From Spirochaetia bacterium (lineage in GTDB: Bacteria; Spirochaetota; Spirochaetia; UBA9216): DNA of 64,000 nt. Position 1 is the first letter of the stretch. Every line of letters begins with the position of its first letter. The stretch is from NCBI GenBank assembly GCA_963677925.2, contig CAXXYH010000004.1, positions 1,088,001 through 1,152,000 on the forward strand, given 5' to 3'. The notes beneath the pieces are model-generated. The model was not told where the DNA came from, ran no database searches, and saw only the letters and a program-made list of their open reading frames with translations. The translations under genes and the position numbers were made by a program. Below, in pieces: positions 9,113-20,356 of this stretch.

Positions 9113-10750
9113 TTATTCGTAGAGGTAGCGTTTAATTTTTGCAGTAGGTGTTTTCTGGAATTCCTCTTTTCTTCTTTCTATGGCTACCAGAGTTGAATAG
9201 GAAGGAAGTTCTTTATTAAGTGTCTTCATCACATCATTGAGTGCTTTATCCACATCAGCATCAGAAAGATTTTTTGATTCGATGTAGTCAGGATCCGCAT
9301 AGACGATTGCTATGATCCGGTGATCACGTGATATTACTAAAGAGTCTGCAATAATGTCTGAATTATTCAGTTTGGCTTCTATTTCTTCGGGGTAGATATT
9401 CTGTCCTGCAGGTCCCAGCAGCATGTTTTTGCAGCGGCCCTTGATATAGACTGTTCCGTCCGGATCGAGGGTTCCCATGTCGCCGGTATGAAGCCATCCG
9501 TCCTTGTCGATGGACTGAGCGGTTGCCTCTTCATTTTTATAGTAACCGAGCATTACATTCTCTCCGCGAACGCATATTTCACCAAGGACGTTCTGCGGAT
9601 CCTCGGAGTCGATTTTACATTCAAGGTGATTTATAATCCGTCCGGCAGAGGCGCTTTTGTATACATCCCACGGCATATAGCTAATGAGCGGTCCGCATTC
9701 GGTCATCCCGTAGCCGACTGTGAATCTGAACTTAATCCTTGAAAGAAATGCTTCAACTTCAGGATTGAATGCTGCTGCTCCTATAACAATGGAGATGAAG
9801 TTTCCGCCGAAAGTAGCGGTGAGCTTCTTGTAAATGACCCTGTCGAGGATCTGTTTTATAAGCGGGAGTTTAGCATATGGTTTATTCAAAATCGGTTTCA
9901 GCTGTTTGAAGTAAATCTTTTCAATAACAAGCGGAACTGAAAGGATAAGCCTCGGGCTGATTTCCCCGAATGCCTTCATTATCAGCTGCGGTGAAACCCT
10001 CTTATGAAGGAAGGTTATATGACAGCCGGTGTTGAAGGGAAAAAGGAACTCGAATGCGCAGCCGAAGCTATGGGCTACCGGCAGAAAACTGACGATTTTG
10101 TCTCCGGCTTTGAGAGCAATATTATGCTGGGCATAGTCGACGTTTGCAATCATGCAGTTGTGGTTAAGCATTACACCTTTTGAAAATCCGGTTGTTCCTG
10201 ATGTATACACAATTGATTCGAGTTTATCATTTGAAATTTCTTCAAACTGTACCGATTCAGGAGTAAGACCGCCGGGGAATTTCTTCTCAAGCGCTGTACG
10301 GGCGTGAAGAAGTACCTCTGAATCATACTTTTCGCCGGCCTTTATTATTGCGAAATCTTCAAGGTTGATTACCAGTTCCAGATTCGGCATTTCTTCCGTT
10401 TTGAGATTTTTCCAGATATAATCGGCAGCAAAGAAGAAGCGGGCTTCAGAATGATTAATTATGTTAGTGATATCTGCTGCGGAAAAGTCCGGTAGCACCG
10501 GTACAATTACAGCGCCGTATGTCACAGCGGCAAGGTATGTCTTTGCCCAGTTGACGGAATTTCTTCCGCAGACTGCAATCTTATTGCCGGGCTCTATTCC
10601 ATTTATCCTGAAGGCTTCGTGAAAAGTGAGTATACTCTCGGCAACGTCACGGTAGTAAAAGATCTCTTCACCGTAATTTGAAAAGCAGGGCCTGTCCCAG
10701 TTCTCAGTCAGACTCTGTTTTATGGTTTCTACAAAATTTCTATTAAGCAT
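9113..10750 (-). CDS. long-chain-fatty-acid--CoA ligase (AMP-binding)
   Basis: YTSGTTGFSKG, GYGMTE and GWLHTGDMG motifs. Confidence 0.92.
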   Translation of the reverse strand: MLNRNFVETIKQSLTENWDRPCFSNYGEEIFYYRDVAESILTFHEAFRINGIEPGNKIAVCGRNSVNWAKTYLAAVTYGAVIVPVLPDFSAADITNIINHSEARFFFAADYIWKNLKTEEMPNLELVINLEDFAIIKAGEKYDSEVLLHARTALEKKFPGGLTPESVQFEEISNDKLESIVYTSGTTGFSKGVMLNHNCMIANVDYAQHNIALKAGDKIVSFLPVAHSFGCAFEFLFPFNTGCHITFLHKRVSPQLIMKAFGEISPRLILSVPLVIEKIYFKQLKPILNKPYAKLPLIKQILDRVIYKKLTATFGGNFISIVIGAAAFNPEVEAFLSRIKFRFTVGYGMTECGPLISYMPWDVYKSASAGRIINHLECKIDSEDPQNVLGEICVRGENVMLGYYKNEEATAQSIDKDGWLHTGDMGTLDPDGTVYIKGRCKNMLLGPAGQNIYPEEIEAKLNNSDIIADSLVISRDHRIIAIVYADPDYIESKNLSDADVDKALNDVMKTLNKELPSYSTLVAIERRKEEFQKTPTAKIKRYLYE

Positions 10751-10845
10751 CCGTACATTATCAACTGTCTATGAAAAAAATTCAATAAATAAATCGGCCG
10801 GAGACTGAAAAGTGCCTCCGGCCGGAATTATCTGGTTTATCGATT

Positions 10846-12429
10846 TTAATCCTGGAGCAGCTGATAATAGGCTTTGAGCACTGCATCGGCTCCGGCTCCG
10901 TTGTTGTCCAGCAGTTTTTTTGCAAGAACCTTACCCAGCTGAACACCTTCCTGGTCAAAGGAGTTGATATTCCAGGCAAGCCCCTGGAACATCACCTTGT
11001 TCTCGAAGTGAGCAAGCAGGGCGCCGAGTGATTCAGGGTTAAGATCCGATCCCCAGATAAGACTTGAGGGACGTTCGCCGCTGAAGTTTTTGTTGGGGTT
11101 GGAGTTTTCCTGGCCGAGGGCAAAGGCTGTTATCTGGGCGGCAAGGTTTGCGTTGAGCTTCTGCTGGCTGGTTGAACCTTCAATTTCAAGGTCAAATCCT
11201 CTCTGGGAGTTCTTAAAGCCGATAAACTGCAGGGGTACGATGTCTGTTCCCTGATGAAGCAGCTGGTAAAAGCTGTGCTGTCCGTTTGTACCCGGCTCAC
11301 CGAAGATTACCGGTCCTGTACTGTAGGATACGAGTTCGCCGTCTCTGTTGACAGATTTTCCGTTGCTTTCCATATCAAGCTGCTGAAGGTGAGCCGGAAA
11401 ACGGGAAAGTGCCTGAGAGTAGGGAAGTACCGCGGTAGACGGCAAGTCCATCACGTTTCGTTCAAAAAGTCCTATCATGGCATCCATCAGGGCTGCGTTT
11501 TCCCTGATATCAGCCTCAAGCGCCATAACATCGGCTTCATGAGCCCCGGCCAGCAGGGCTGCAAAACTGTCTGCGCCGTATGCCAGGCTCAGAACCACTC
11601 CTCCGACCGCACTGGTTGATGAGTATCTTCCGCCGATGTAATCATCGATATAAAAACTGTCGAGAAACATGTCAGAACCTGCCATCGGGCTGGTCTGGCT
11701 TGTAACTGCTATCATGTGCTTTGACGGATCCAGACCTTCTGCACCTGACTGCTTGATAATTTCTAAAACAAAGTCGCGGTTTGTAAGGGTTTCCTGGGTT
11801 GTTCCGCTTTTTGATACCAGAATGAACAGGGTTGTTTCCGGATCTATTGAGGAAGCAACCGCGGTTGCGTCATCAGGGTCCACGTTTGATATAAACAGGG
11901 CATCCATTACAGCCTTGTTGTTCACCTCGGCCCAGCCTTCAAGTGCAAGATAAAGAGCCCTTGGACCAAGATCCGAGCCCCCGATGCCAATCTGCACTAC
12001 GGTATCAAATTCTTTTCCTGTGGACCCCTTTATTTTTCCGCTGTGAACGGCCTTTGCAAAATCAGCAGTCTTTTTCTGCTGTTCAACGTAAAAATCAGCA
12101 AGATTCTGTTCATTCTCGGATACCGGTGCTACAGTGATTCCGCGGGTCAGGTGATGCAGAACCATCCGGTTCTCCCCGGTATTCATGCGCTCTCCCTTGA
12201 GGATGCTCATATACTTCTGAATGAGTTCCTGCTCAAGAGCCAGTTCTCCAAGGATGTCAATGATGTTTTCATCAACGGCTTTGGCCGAGTAGTTGTATGT
12301 CAGGCCCGATGCAGCCTTGATTGAATATGCTGCAATTCTTTCCGGGTTTATTACCGCCTTCAGTGACGGCGCCTTCAGCTTCATCAGTCTGCTGTAGGCT
12401 TTGGTCTTATCAAGGTTAATAAAATTCAT
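10846..12429 (-). CDS. pgi: glucose-6-phosphate isomerase
   Basis: GIGGSDLGP, SKSGTTQET, GGRYS, QQLDMESNGK, INSFDQEGVQLGK. Confidence 0.97.
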   Translation of the reverse strand: MNFINLDKTKAYSRLMKLKAPSLKAVINPERIAAYSIKAASGLTYNYSAKAVDENIIDILGELALEQELIQKYMSILKGERMNTGENRMVLHHLTRGITVAPVSENEQNLADFYVEQQKKTADFAKAVHSGKIKGSTGKEFDTVVQIGIGGSDLGPRALYLALEGWAEVNNKAVMDALFISNVDPDDATAVASSIDPETTLFILVSKSGTTQETLTNRDFVLEIIKQSGAEGLDPSKHMIAVTSQTSPMAGSDMFLDSFYIDDYIGGRYSSTSAVGGVVLSLAYGADSFAALLAGAHEADVMALEADIRENAALMDAMIGLFERNVMDLPSTAVLPYSQALSRFPAHLQQLDMESNGKSVNRDGELVSYSTGPVIFGEPGTNGQHSFYQLLHQGTDIVPLQFIGFKNSQRGFDLEIEGSTSQQKLNANLAAQITAFALGQENSNPNKNFSGERPSSLIWGSDLNPESLGALLAHFENKVMFQGLAWNINSFDQEGVQLGKVLAKKLLDNNGAGADAVLKAYYQLLQD

Positions 12430-12443
12430 GATGTCCTCCGGTT

Positions 12444-12659
12444 TTATAATTCAGATGTCAATGAAGCAAGAGCTTTCAGCTCAGCCTCGCTGAGAGTGAT
12501 ACCCTTGCCCATTTTCTGGTGATCGGGAGACCAGTCTCTGATATCATATTTAGGATCTCTTCCATTCCATGATACAAGATTAAGTTCTTTTCTCCATCCC
12601 TTTGCCGACTCTGATATGGTTCCAATATTTTTGACAATTTCATAGCTGAAATCAGACAT
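12444..12659 (-). CDS. YdbC/PC4-family ssDNA-binding protein
   Basis: GWRKELNLVSWNGRDPKYDIRDWSPDHQKMGKGITL signature. Confidence 0.9.
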   Translation of the reverse strand: MSDFSYEIVKNIGTISESAKGWRKELNLVSWNGRDPKYDIRDWSPDHQKMGKGITLSEAELKALASLTSEL

Positions 12660-12686
12660 GTTTTACTTCCTCCTGAAAAACCTTTG

Positions 12687-14069
12687 TCATACTTTATGAG
12701 GTTTTATTTTTCCGCTTTCAAGCCGGCTGATTGTCCTGTTTACAAAAATAATTGCAACAATCATTGATACAACGCTTCCTGCAGCAAGCCCCAGCCAGAC
12801 ACCCCAGATTCCCAGGTTGAAAACATATATAAGAATAAGCATAACCGGTATTGCTATAAGAAGCAAACGCAGAAGTGTCAGAAAAAGAGCCGGCAGCGGA
12901 TAACCGATTGCCTGGAAAAATGATCTGCCGATTATTCCTACAAGTGCTGTAAGATAGGAAATACCGAGAACCCTGTACTGCATTACCGCATACCAAAGGA
13001 CTTTGTCTACATCAGTAAAGGGTCTGAAGATCCATGGCGCAAATCCGACCATCAGTCCTGTAAGGACTCCGACTGCAATGAGTCCCATCAGCCATGCATC
13101 CTTCATGGTATCCCTGATTCTGCCGAAGTTTCCACGTCCGGAGTTCTGTCCGACGATAGTTACTATTGCCGCGCCAAGCGCAAAAGCCGGCATAAGCATA
13201 AGCTGCTCAAACCTGCCGCAGAGGGCAAATGCAGTAAGGGCAAGGGCATCGATGTTGATAACTATTCGATTAAATATCAGAAAACTCATGGACATTATAA
13301 TCATCGCAAAGGACTGGGGTATTCCAATTGCAAGGATATCCTTAATTGTGCCGCCTTTAATATTTGCTTTAGACCATTCAATTTTGATTGATGATTTATT
13401 CTTCAGAAAAACACTGACTATATAGACCATTGAGACTGCCTGTGCGATAACCGTTGCTATGGCTGCACCGCGAACATCCATTTTCAGCAGGAAGATGAAG
13501 ACAGGATCGAGGGCAATGTTGAGGACTGTTCCAATTACCATTGCGTTCATGACGTATTTCATCAGTCCCTCGCCCTGAAGTATTCCCTGAAAAATCATGG
13601 CAAAAAAGATAACGGGACCGGCTGGTATTATGTAGCGGAGATACTCAAGACCGTGGACGTAGTAATCGCCTTCCGCTCCCAGAATTCTGAGCAGCTGAGG
13701 TGCAAAGGGCAGTATAATTCCAAGTGAAAGTATTGAGAGTATGAGGCTGATGAACATGCCTGATTCTGCTGTTGTTCCAAGCACCTTTCCGTTTTTTTCG
13801 CCGATTGCTCTTGCAACCAGTGAACTTACTCCCACTGTAAGCCCGTTTCCTAGGGCCATAAAAAAGAATATAAGGGGGAATACAAGGGCTGTACCTCCCA
13901 TATACGAAGGGTCGGCAAGGTCTATTCTTGCAACCCAGAAGGTATCTGTAACATTATACAGAACCTGGACGATCATCCCGGCAAACATGGGGATAGACAG
14001 TTTGAGAAGCAGAGGCCGGATAGGGCCTTCAAACATCCCCGGGATTTCATTTACTTTTATATCGCTCAT
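12687..14069 (-). CDS. MATE family efflux transporter
   Basis: LYNVTDTFWV, NIALDPVFIF, GAAIATVIAQ, GIWGVWLG; about 12 TM segments. Confidence 0.92.
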   Translation of the reverse strand: MSDIKVNEIPGMFEGPIRPLLLKLSIPMFAGMIVQVLYNVTDTFWVARIDLADPSYMGGTALVFPLIFFFMALGNGLTVGVSSLVARAIGEKNGKVLGTTAESGMFISLILSILSLGIILPFAPQLLRILGAEGDYYVHGLEYLRYIIPAGPVIFFAMIFQGILQGEGLMKYVMNAMVIGTVLNIALDPVFIFLLKMDVRGAAIATVIAQAVSMVYIVSVFLKNKSSIKIEWSKANIKGGTIKDILAIGIPQSFAMIIMSMSFLIFNRIVINIDALALTAFALCGRFEQLMLMPAFALGAAIVTIVGQNSGRGNFGRIRDTMKDAWLMGLIAVGVLTGLMVGFAPWIFRPFTDVDKVLWYAVMQYRVLGISYLTALVGIIGRSFFQAIGYPLPALFLTLLRLLLIAIPVMLILIYVFNLGIWGVWLGLAAGSVVSMIVAIIFVNRTISRLESGKIKPHKV

Positions 14070-14194
14070 ATTTGAAGAATGTATTGATTAAAAATAAAGA
14101 TCAAGTAAATTAAGGCTGTAATTTTATAATAAAAAGCCCCCGAAGGCCTGAAGATTCGGCTCCGGAGGCTGATGTATTCTGCAGAAAGCGGATA

Positions 14195-14929
14195 TCAGTC
14201 GAAAAGAAGGCCGCCGTTCTGGTCTACAATTTCTCCGGTTATAAATCCTGCTTCTTCACCTGCAAGAAATGCCACAAGGGCGGCAACTTCAGAAGGTTCG
14301 CAGAAGCGCTTTACAGGGATTTTCTCTATGATTGCTGCACGTTCTGCTTCGGTCAGCTGTTCGGTTACCATCGGAGTTTTCACATAGGCGGGGGCGATTC
14401 CGTTTACAGTGACGCCTGTGCCTGCAGTTTCCATTGCAAGCGAGTAGGTCAGCGACATTACGCCTCCCTTGCTGGTGCTGTAGGCTGTTCCTGCGGTGAT
14501 TCCGCCTGATTTTGCAGCAAGGCTGCTTATATTGATAATTCTGCCCCAGCCCTTCTCAAGCATAGAAGGAAGCAGATATTTACACAGAAGGAAGGGGCCG
14601 GAGAGGTTTACTCCCATAACCTTCTGCCATTCTGCATAGCTTGTGGAAGCTATCTTGTTGTTTGTAAGTATCCCGGCATTGTTTACAAGGATATCGGGAC
14701 TGCCGGGTTCGGATTTAACCTTCGCGGCCAGTTCGATTACATCCTGTTCGTTTGATACGTCTACCTTGAAGGCGAAGCATTTTTCGGGGAATTTCGCTGC
14801 AAACTCATTGAGTTTCTCTTCATTCAAATCAACGGCAATTACCTTGTGTCCGTTTTCCATCAGTCTTTCGGCAAATGCCTGGCCCATCGGCCCTGCACAG
14901 CCTGTTACGAGTGCTGTTCTGCTGCTCAT
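14195..14929 (-). CDS. short-chain dehydrogenase/reductase (FabG-like)
   Basis: TGxxGxxG, NNAG and YSTSK motifs. Confidence 0.9.
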   Translation of the reverse strand: MSSRTALVTGCAGPMGQAFAERLMENGHKVIAVDLNEEKLNEFAAKFPEKCFAFKVDVSNEQDVIELAAKVKSEPGSPDILVNNAGILTNNKIASTSYAEWQKVMGVNLSGPFLLCKYLLPSMLEKGWGRIINISSLAAKSGGITAGTAYSTSKGGVMSLTYSLAMETAGTGVTVNGIAPAYVKTPMVTEQLTEAERAAIIEKIPVKRFCEPSEVAALVAFLAGEEAGFITGEIVDQNGGLLFD

Positions 14930-14982
14930 TTTTTGTCTCCTCTTCTGATCCTCATTTCCGGATCAAACATACAGTCATAATA

Positions 14983-15017
14983 TAAAAAAAGCATGGATTG
15001 AGTCATCCATGCTTTTT
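14983..15017. terminator. bidirectional terminator after the arg operon
   Basis: AAAAAAAGCATGGAT-loop-ATCCATGCTTTTT. Confidence 0.8.
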
Positions 15018-15035
15018 ATTCTTAAACTGAAAAAA

Positions 15036-15512
15036 TCAGTTCAAATCGGTATCTATCACCAGTGCTGTTTCATCACAGGCTTCCAGTTTAGGACACTCAA
15101 GACATTCACGCCAGAGTTTCCTGGGGAACTCGTTCTTGTCCACAATAGTAAACCCAAGCTTCTGAAAGAACTTCACCTGATAGGTCAGTGTTATAACCCT
15201 GGGTATTCTGATTCTTTTTGCTTCTTCAATCAGCTCCAGAACCAGCTTCTTACCCAGCCCCTTTCCCTGCCATACGGGGTGTACGGCAAGGGCGCAGACT
15301 TCACAGAGATCGGTCCACAGCGGAGCAAGCGACCCACAGGCTACAATTTTTTTGCTCTCCAGGTCCTCGGCTACAAAGTATGTAGTCAGTGTTGTAACTA
15401 TCTTGTACTTGCTTCTCATAAGCATCAGCCCCTGAGCAGCCATGCCTGATGTAAGATTATAGATGCTGTCGACATCATCGGCGGTTGCCCGCCGCATAAT
15501 GATATTTTCCAT
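15036..15512 (-). CDS. argA: short GNAT amino-acid N-acetyltransferase (N-acetylglutamate synthase-like)
   Basis: GNAT motif QGKGLG; KLWRECLECPK...CDETAL C-terminus; located in the arg operon. Confidence 0.75.
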   Translation of the reverse strand: MENIIMRRATADDVDSIYNLTSGMAAQGLMLMRSKYKIVTTLTTYFVAEDLESKKIVACGSLAPLWTDLCEVCALAVHPVWQGKGLGKKLVLELIEEAKRIRIPRVITLTYQVKFFQKLGFTIVDKNEFPRKLWRECLECPKLEACDETALVIDTDLN

Positions 15513-15526
15513 AGTTATTCCCTGGA

Positions 15527-16801
15527 TTATTTGTCGTGGAAGGTCGCCGCTGTGGCAACAATCTCCTCAACCTGTCCGCCGGAAACATTTACGTTCTTGT
15601 GCACCATGGCTGTTACACCTGTTGAAAGACCGTAAAGATTGATGAATCCGGTTGCATCATGATGATCGTAGGCACTCTCTCCGAATGAGGCAAGGTCCTC
15701 GATGTAGATGGAGTAGGGTGATTTCCTTCCGGCTATGATTACATTTCCCTTGTAGAGCACGAGTCTAACAGAACCGGTTGTGTACTCTGCAGCCTTATCC
15801 ATATAGGCGTCGATTGATTCCCTTACCGGGGTGAACCACTTTCCGCAGTATACGAGGTCCGCGTACTTAAGGCTGAGTGTGTCCTTCATGCTCAGGGTAT
15901 CATAATCCATTGTGAGCATTTCAAGTTCGCGGACAGCCTTGTAAAGGATTTCACCTGCCGGAGTTTCGTAAACACCGCGGCTCTTCATTCCGACAACACG
16001 GGTTTCAACCAGGTCGGAACGTCCGATTCCGTTTGCAGCGCCAATCTTATTGAGCTCAGCAATGATTTCAAATCCGCTCATCTTCTTGCCGTTGAGGGCA
16101 ACAGGGAATGATTTTTCAAAGTCGATTGTGATCTCTGTTTCAGCATCGGGTGCGTCAGCGGGTGACTTTGTAAGCTGGAACATTTCCTCTTTCGGTCTGT
16201 TCCACGGATCTTCCAGATCACCGCCCTCATGGCTCATATGCCAGATGTTCCAGTCGCGTGAGTAGATGTTCTTCTTTGTGATATTTCCAAGCGGAACGTT
16301 GTGTGCCTTTGCATAGTCGATGGCCTGTTCACGGCTTGTTATGTCCCAAATTCTCCAGGGAGCAATTACCTTGAGATGGGGCGCAAGTGCCTTGAAAGTA
16401 AGTTCGAAACGAACCTGGTCGTTACCCTTGCCTGTACAGCCGTGGCAGATTGCATCTGCGCCTTCTGCAAGTGCTACCTCTGCGATGTGCTTTGCCTGCA
16501 GCGGTCTTGCAATTGATGTACCCAGAAGGTACTTGCCTTCGTATTTTGCACCGGCACGGATGATTTTGAACAGGAAGTCCTCCGCAAACTCATCTTTAAT
16601 ATCTTTGATGTAGAGTTTGCTTGCGCCTGATTTGAGCGCTTTTTCTTCCATTCCGTCCCAGTCTTCATCCTGGCCGACGTTTGTGCAGCAGCCGATGATC
16701 TCAGCATCGTTGTAGTTTTCCTTCAGCCAGGGGATAATTATTGATGTGTCGAGTCCGCCGGAGTAGGCGAGAACTATTTTCTTTATTTCTTTGTCAGCCA
16801 T
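15527..16801 (-). CDS. argG: argininosuccinate synthase
   Basis: [33 protein letters not shown]. Confidence 0.97.
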   Translation of the reverse strand: MADKEIKKIVLAYSGGLDTSIIIPWLKENYNDAEIIGCCTNVGQDEDWDGMEEKALKSGASKLYIKDIKDEFAEDFLFKIIRAGAKYEGKYLLGTSIARPLQAKHIAEVALAEGADAICHGCTGKGNDQVRFELTFKALAPHLKVIAPWRIWDITSREQAIDYAKAHNVPLGNITKKNIYSRDWNIWHMSHEGGDLEDPWNRPKEEMFQLTKSPADAPDAETEITIDFEKSFPVALNGKKMSGFEIIAELNKIGAANGIGRSDLVETRVVGMKSRGVYETPAGEILYKAVRELEMLTMDYDTLSMKDTLSLKYADLVYCGKWFTPVRESIDAYMDKAAEYTTGSVRLVLYKGNVIIAGRKSPYSIYIEDLASFGESAYDHHDATGFINLYGLSTGVTAMVHKNVNVSGGQVEEIVATAATFHDK

Positions 16802-18026
16802 TCTGAATCTCCTTTAAAATGCTTTCAATTATATTAAGACCTTTGTCTATTTCTTCCTTTGTTATTACAAGCGGAGGAGCTATACGCAGGATGTTTTTTC
16901 CTGAACGAAGCAGCAGAAGCCCCTTCTCCTTGCCTTCAGATATCACCTTGCCGCAGAGTGCCATACCTTCCTCGTCGGCTGTCCCGATTGCCAGACCCCG
17001 AAGCATTCCAAGACCCTTCACTTCGCCGGCCGCTTCGTATTTGTCGGAAAGAGCTTTCAGACCCTCTGCAAGGTAGTCGCCTTTGGCCTGTACATCAGCA
17101 AGAAAATCGGGAGTAAAGATGATATCCAGAACCTTGTTTGCAACCGCACAGGTTACAGGTCCGCCTCCGAAGGTGGTTCCATGCTCTCCCGCATGTATGA
17201 TCTTGTTCACCTTTTTGGGAATGAGCGTTGCAGACAGGGGAAGTCCGCCTGCAAGCGGTTTGGACAGGGTAATGATGTCCGGTTCAAGCCCGACGATTGA
17301 TGAGGCGTATGGAAAGCCTGTACGTCCTATTCCTGTCTGAACCTCGTCTGCAATAAGAATTACATCAAACTTTTTGCACAGTTCGTTGAGTTTTGCCGCA
17401 AACTCCGCAGACATCACGGTCAGTCCGCCCTCGCCCTGAACCGGTTCAACAATTACGGCTGCAAAGCTGTCATCGAGGATTTTCTCAAGCTCAGCCGCAT
17501 CGTTATATGTGCAGGTTTCAACTCCCGGTACAAGCGGTCCGAAGGGTTCCTGGTACTTGGGGGTCGGAGTACAGCTGAGCGCACCGAGGGTTCTTCCGTG
17601 GAAGGCGTTTGTGAATGACAGCAGCTTGTGATGCCCCTCGCCCTTAGTCCGCAGTGAATAGACCCTTGCGTACTTGATTGCCGCCTCGTTGGCCTCCGAG
17701 CCGCTGTTTCCGAAGTGAACTGCGTCGAAATTGCCTGAGGATGTCAGCTTGAATCCCAGTTCGAGGGTCGGTTCGGTTGTATAGAGGTTTGAAACGTGAA
17801 TCAGTTTCTTCATCTGCTCATAGGCAGTAAGCGCAAGGTCGTCCCTTCCGTGTCCGAGAGCGTTTACCGCTATCCCGCTTCCGAAATCAAGGTATTCCTT
17901 CCCTGCCTTGTCGTATACATAACAGCCCTTTCCATGTTCAAAGATGTGGAAGGGGACTGTGTAGTTGTTGGGGTAGGGAACATCGTATGTTTCCGTTGTT
18001 ACTTCATATTTTTCCATGTGTTCCAT
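16794..18026 (-). CDS. argD: acetylornithine aminotransferase
   Basis: [47 protein letters not shown]; start moved to 18026 (AGGA RBS). Confidence 0.93.
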   Translation of the reverse strand: MEHMEKYEVTTETYDVPYPNNYTVPFHIFEHGKGCYVYDKAGKEYLDFGSGIAVNALGHGRDDLALTAYEQMKKLIHVSNLYTTEPTLELGFKLTSSGNFDAVHFGNSGSEANEAAIKYARVYSLRTKGEGHHKLLSFTNAFHGRTLGALSCTPTPKYQEPFGPLVPGVETCTYNDAAELEKILDDSFAAVIVEPVQGEGGLTVMSAEFAAKLNELCKKFDVILIADEVQTGIGRTGFPYASSIVGLEPDIITLSKPLAGGLPLSATLIPKKVNKIIHAGEHGTTFGGGPVTCAVANKVLDIIFTPDFLADVQAKGDYLAEGLKALSDKYEAAGEVKGLGMLRGLAIGTADEEGMALCGKVISEGKEKGLLLLRSGKNILRIAPPLVITKEEIDKGLNIIESILKEIQNG

Positions 18027-18048
18027 ATTATATATTCCTGTATCAGTT

Positions 18049-18810
18049 TTACTTATGTATATTTGTGCCCGCACTGCGTTCAAGAAGCTTAGCGAGATCA
18101 CCGCTTTCATTGTATCCGCCGATAGTTACCGAGCCTACTCCCTCTGCCAGAGCTCCGGCCGATGAACGGACCTTCGGTATCATGCCTCCGGCAATAACCC
18201 CTGCATCTATCTCGGCCTCAGCCTGCGCGGGTGTAAGGTTTGTTATAACCTCTCCGTCTTTCAGTATTCCGGGGATGTCCGATATGAACACCAGCCGGTC
18301 CGCAGGCATTGAGCAGGCAACCGCAAGCGCAGCGTCATCGGCATTGATATTGAGGGCTGTTCCCTCAGCATCCATCGAAACCGACGACATTACCGGCATG
18401 TATCCGCCTTCCATCAGAAGCTTAAGCAGTTCGGGTGATGTTCCGGTTACAGCCCCGGTTCTGGATCCGGCCGCAACAGATTTACCGGTAAACACCGCGC
18501 CGTCGCAGCCGCTGACTCCTACAGCCTTCACCCCGATAGAGGCGAAGAGCCTTACAATGTATTTATTCATCTTGCCGGCCAGGACCATATCCACGATGTC
18601 CATCTCCTCCGGCGTTGTCTTTCTTACTCCGTTTTCAAAAACAGCCTTCAGGCCGAAGACTTCCGACACCTTTGTAACCTCGGCGCCTCCTCCGTGTACG
18701 AGTATGAAGCTGTATTCCGATGACAGCCCGGCCATCTCTGATGCCAGAGCCTTAAGCGCCGCAGTCTCAGAAGCCGCCCTTCCGCCTATTTTGATGAGTA
18801 CTGTTTCCAT
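18049..18810 (-). CDS. argB: acetylglutamate kinase
   Basis: IKIGG, VHGGG, NINAD, GGMIPKV. Confidence 0.95.
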   Translation of the reverse strand: METVLIKIGGRAASETAALKALASEMAGLSSEYSFILVHGGGAEVTKVSEVFGLKAVFENGVRKTTPEEMDIVDMVLAGKMNKYIVRLFASIGVKAVGVSGCDGAVFTGKSVAAGSRTGAVTGTSPELLKLLMEGGYMPVMSSVSMDAEGTALNINADDAALAVACSMPADRLVFISDIPGILKDGEVITNLTPAQAEAEIDAGVIAGGMIPKVRSSAGALAEGVGSVTIGGYNESGDLAKLLERSAGTNIHK

Positions 18811-19850
18811 TAAAGTTCTCCGTAGATCTTGAGACCTGCAGTTTCATTTAATCCGAAGCGGATGTTCATGTTCTGCACGGCCTGTCCCGATGCACCCTTT
18901 ACCAGGTTGTCGATAACCGAGAAAAGCATCAGTACTCCGTCCTCAACCTTCCAGCTTATCCGGCATGAGTTTGATCCCCAGACATCACGGCTCTGCGGCA
19001 GCCTGCCGCCGTCAGCCTCAACGAAGGGGCTGTTGCCGTAGTACTTCTCATAGACCGCGGCAATGTCCGCATCTGAAAGCTGCTTCGCAGGTTCTACAAT
19101 TATAGTTGATTCCATGCCCCGTTTCAGCGGAACAAGGTGCGGTGTAAAAAGAACCGGCAGAGCCTCATCGGCATTGCGGTCAAGCTCCTGCTTGATCTCG
19201 GGCTGATGCCTGTGGGAAGTGCCCGGAGCGTATGCACCGCAGTTTTCGGTTCTTTCCACAAAAAGGTTGTTCACAGCAGCCTTTTTCCCGGCACCTGAAA
19301 CTCCCGAGAGCGAATTGATTATCACCCTTCCTTTAAGCCCGAACTCCTTAACAATTGGAAGAGTAGGAAGCAGTACAGATGTAGGGTAGCAGCCCGGGTT
19401 TGCGACCAGGTCGGCTTTTTTTATCTCATCGGTATAAATTTCAGACAGTCCGTATACCGCCTTCTCAAGCAGGTCCGGGCGTTCGGGAGCAACCCCGTAG
19501 GCCTTGAAGAATGTATCGTGATTCTTGATTCTGAAGTCGGCTGAGAGGTCGATTATGACTGCCTTGCCGAAAAATGGTTCGCATATCTTTGCAGACTCAA
19601 GATGCGGAAGCGCCGCAAACACAACATCCGGTGCCGCCTTAACTGCCTCGGCTACGGTGGTCGTGCATCCGCCGGTTGCCGCGGTCTTTGCAGCAAGGGC
19701 AGTGTATACGCCCGGGTCGATTTCTTTTATATGCTTTCCGGCGCTAGATGATGAGACCGGTATGATTTCTGTAATATCCGGATGATCTGCAAGAAGCCGC
19801 AGCAGAATCATTCCTGTATAGCCTGTTGCTCCGAGTATCGCTGCTTTCAT
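18810..19850 (-). CDS. argC: N-acetyl-gamma-glutamyl-phosphate reductase
   Basis: GATGYTG, DLSADFR, ANPGCYPT, DNLVKGASGQAVQNMN. Confidence 0.97.
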   Translation of the reverse strand: MKAAILGATGYTGMILLRLLADHPDITEIIPVSSSSAGKHIKEIDPGVYTALAAKTAATGGCTTTVAEAVKAAPDVVFAALPHLESAKICEPFFGKAVIIDLSADFRIKNHDTFFKAYGVAPERPDLLEKAVYGLSEIYTDEIKKADLVANPGCYPTSVLLPTLPIVKEFGLKGRVIINSLSGVSGAGKKAAVNNLFVERTENCGAYAPGTSHRHQPEIKQELDRNADEALPVLFTPHLVPLKRGMESTIIVEPAKQLSDADIAAVYEKYYGNSPFVEADGGRLPQSRDVWGSNSCRISWKVEDGVLMLFSVIDNLVKGASGQAVQNMNIRFGLNETAGLKIYGEL

Positions 19851-20308
19851 TCTATCCCCCTGAAAAAATCTTCAATTTCCCTGCGGTCGCTGCCCTCCGA
19901 CAGTACCGCCATGATTGTATCGTCACCGGCCAGAGTTCCCAGTATCCCCGGGACTTCGATATTATCGATGGCCGAAGCCACGCTGTTCGCATGACCTTCA
20001 AGTGTTGAAATTACACATATATTGCCTGAAAAGGCAAGTGATACAAAGCCTCTCCGCAAATCTTCTATATATACAGAGGCGGCTCCTGCCTCCCTCTGCG
20101 GTTTCTGGTACTCGGGTATTGTATACTTGTAGCCCGATACTCCGTCGGGAACCTTTGCAACCTTCAGCTGTTTGAGGTCTCTGGACAGGGTAGCCTGGGT
20201 TACATCAAAGCCCTTCCGGTGCAGCTCGTTAAGCAGCTGTTCCTGACTTTCTATCCGTTTTTCGCGAATGATCTTTCTTACCGCCTCAAACCGCTGTGTT
20301 TTCTGCAT
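19847..20308 (-). CDS. argR: arginine repressor
   Basis: SQEQL, TQATLSRDL, GTLAGDDT; ATG at 20308 preferred as start. Confidence 0.95.
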   Translation of the reverse strand: MQKTQRFEAVRKIIREKRIESQEQLLNELHRKGFDVTQATLSRDLKQLKVAKVPDGVSGYKYTIPEYQKPQREAGAASVYIEDLRRGFVSLAFSGNICVISTLEGHANSVASAIDNIEVPGILGTLAGDDTIMAVLSEGSDRREIEDFFRGIE

Positions 20309-20318
20309 AAACAACCCC

Positions 20319-20356
20319 AATGTATAAATATACCAAAGTGTGCATAAATATACGCC
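20319..20356. promoter_or_regulatory. tandem ARG boxes (ArgR operator)
   Basis: AATGTATAAATATACCAA and TGTGCATAAATATACGCC, 18-mers 2 bp apart resembling WNTGNATWWWWATNCANW, directly upstream of argR. Confidence 0.7.

Noticed and set aside
17987-18832. 281-aa plus-strand ORF
   Set aside because: Antisense shadow of argB; the same applies to most short opposite-strand ORFs in the track
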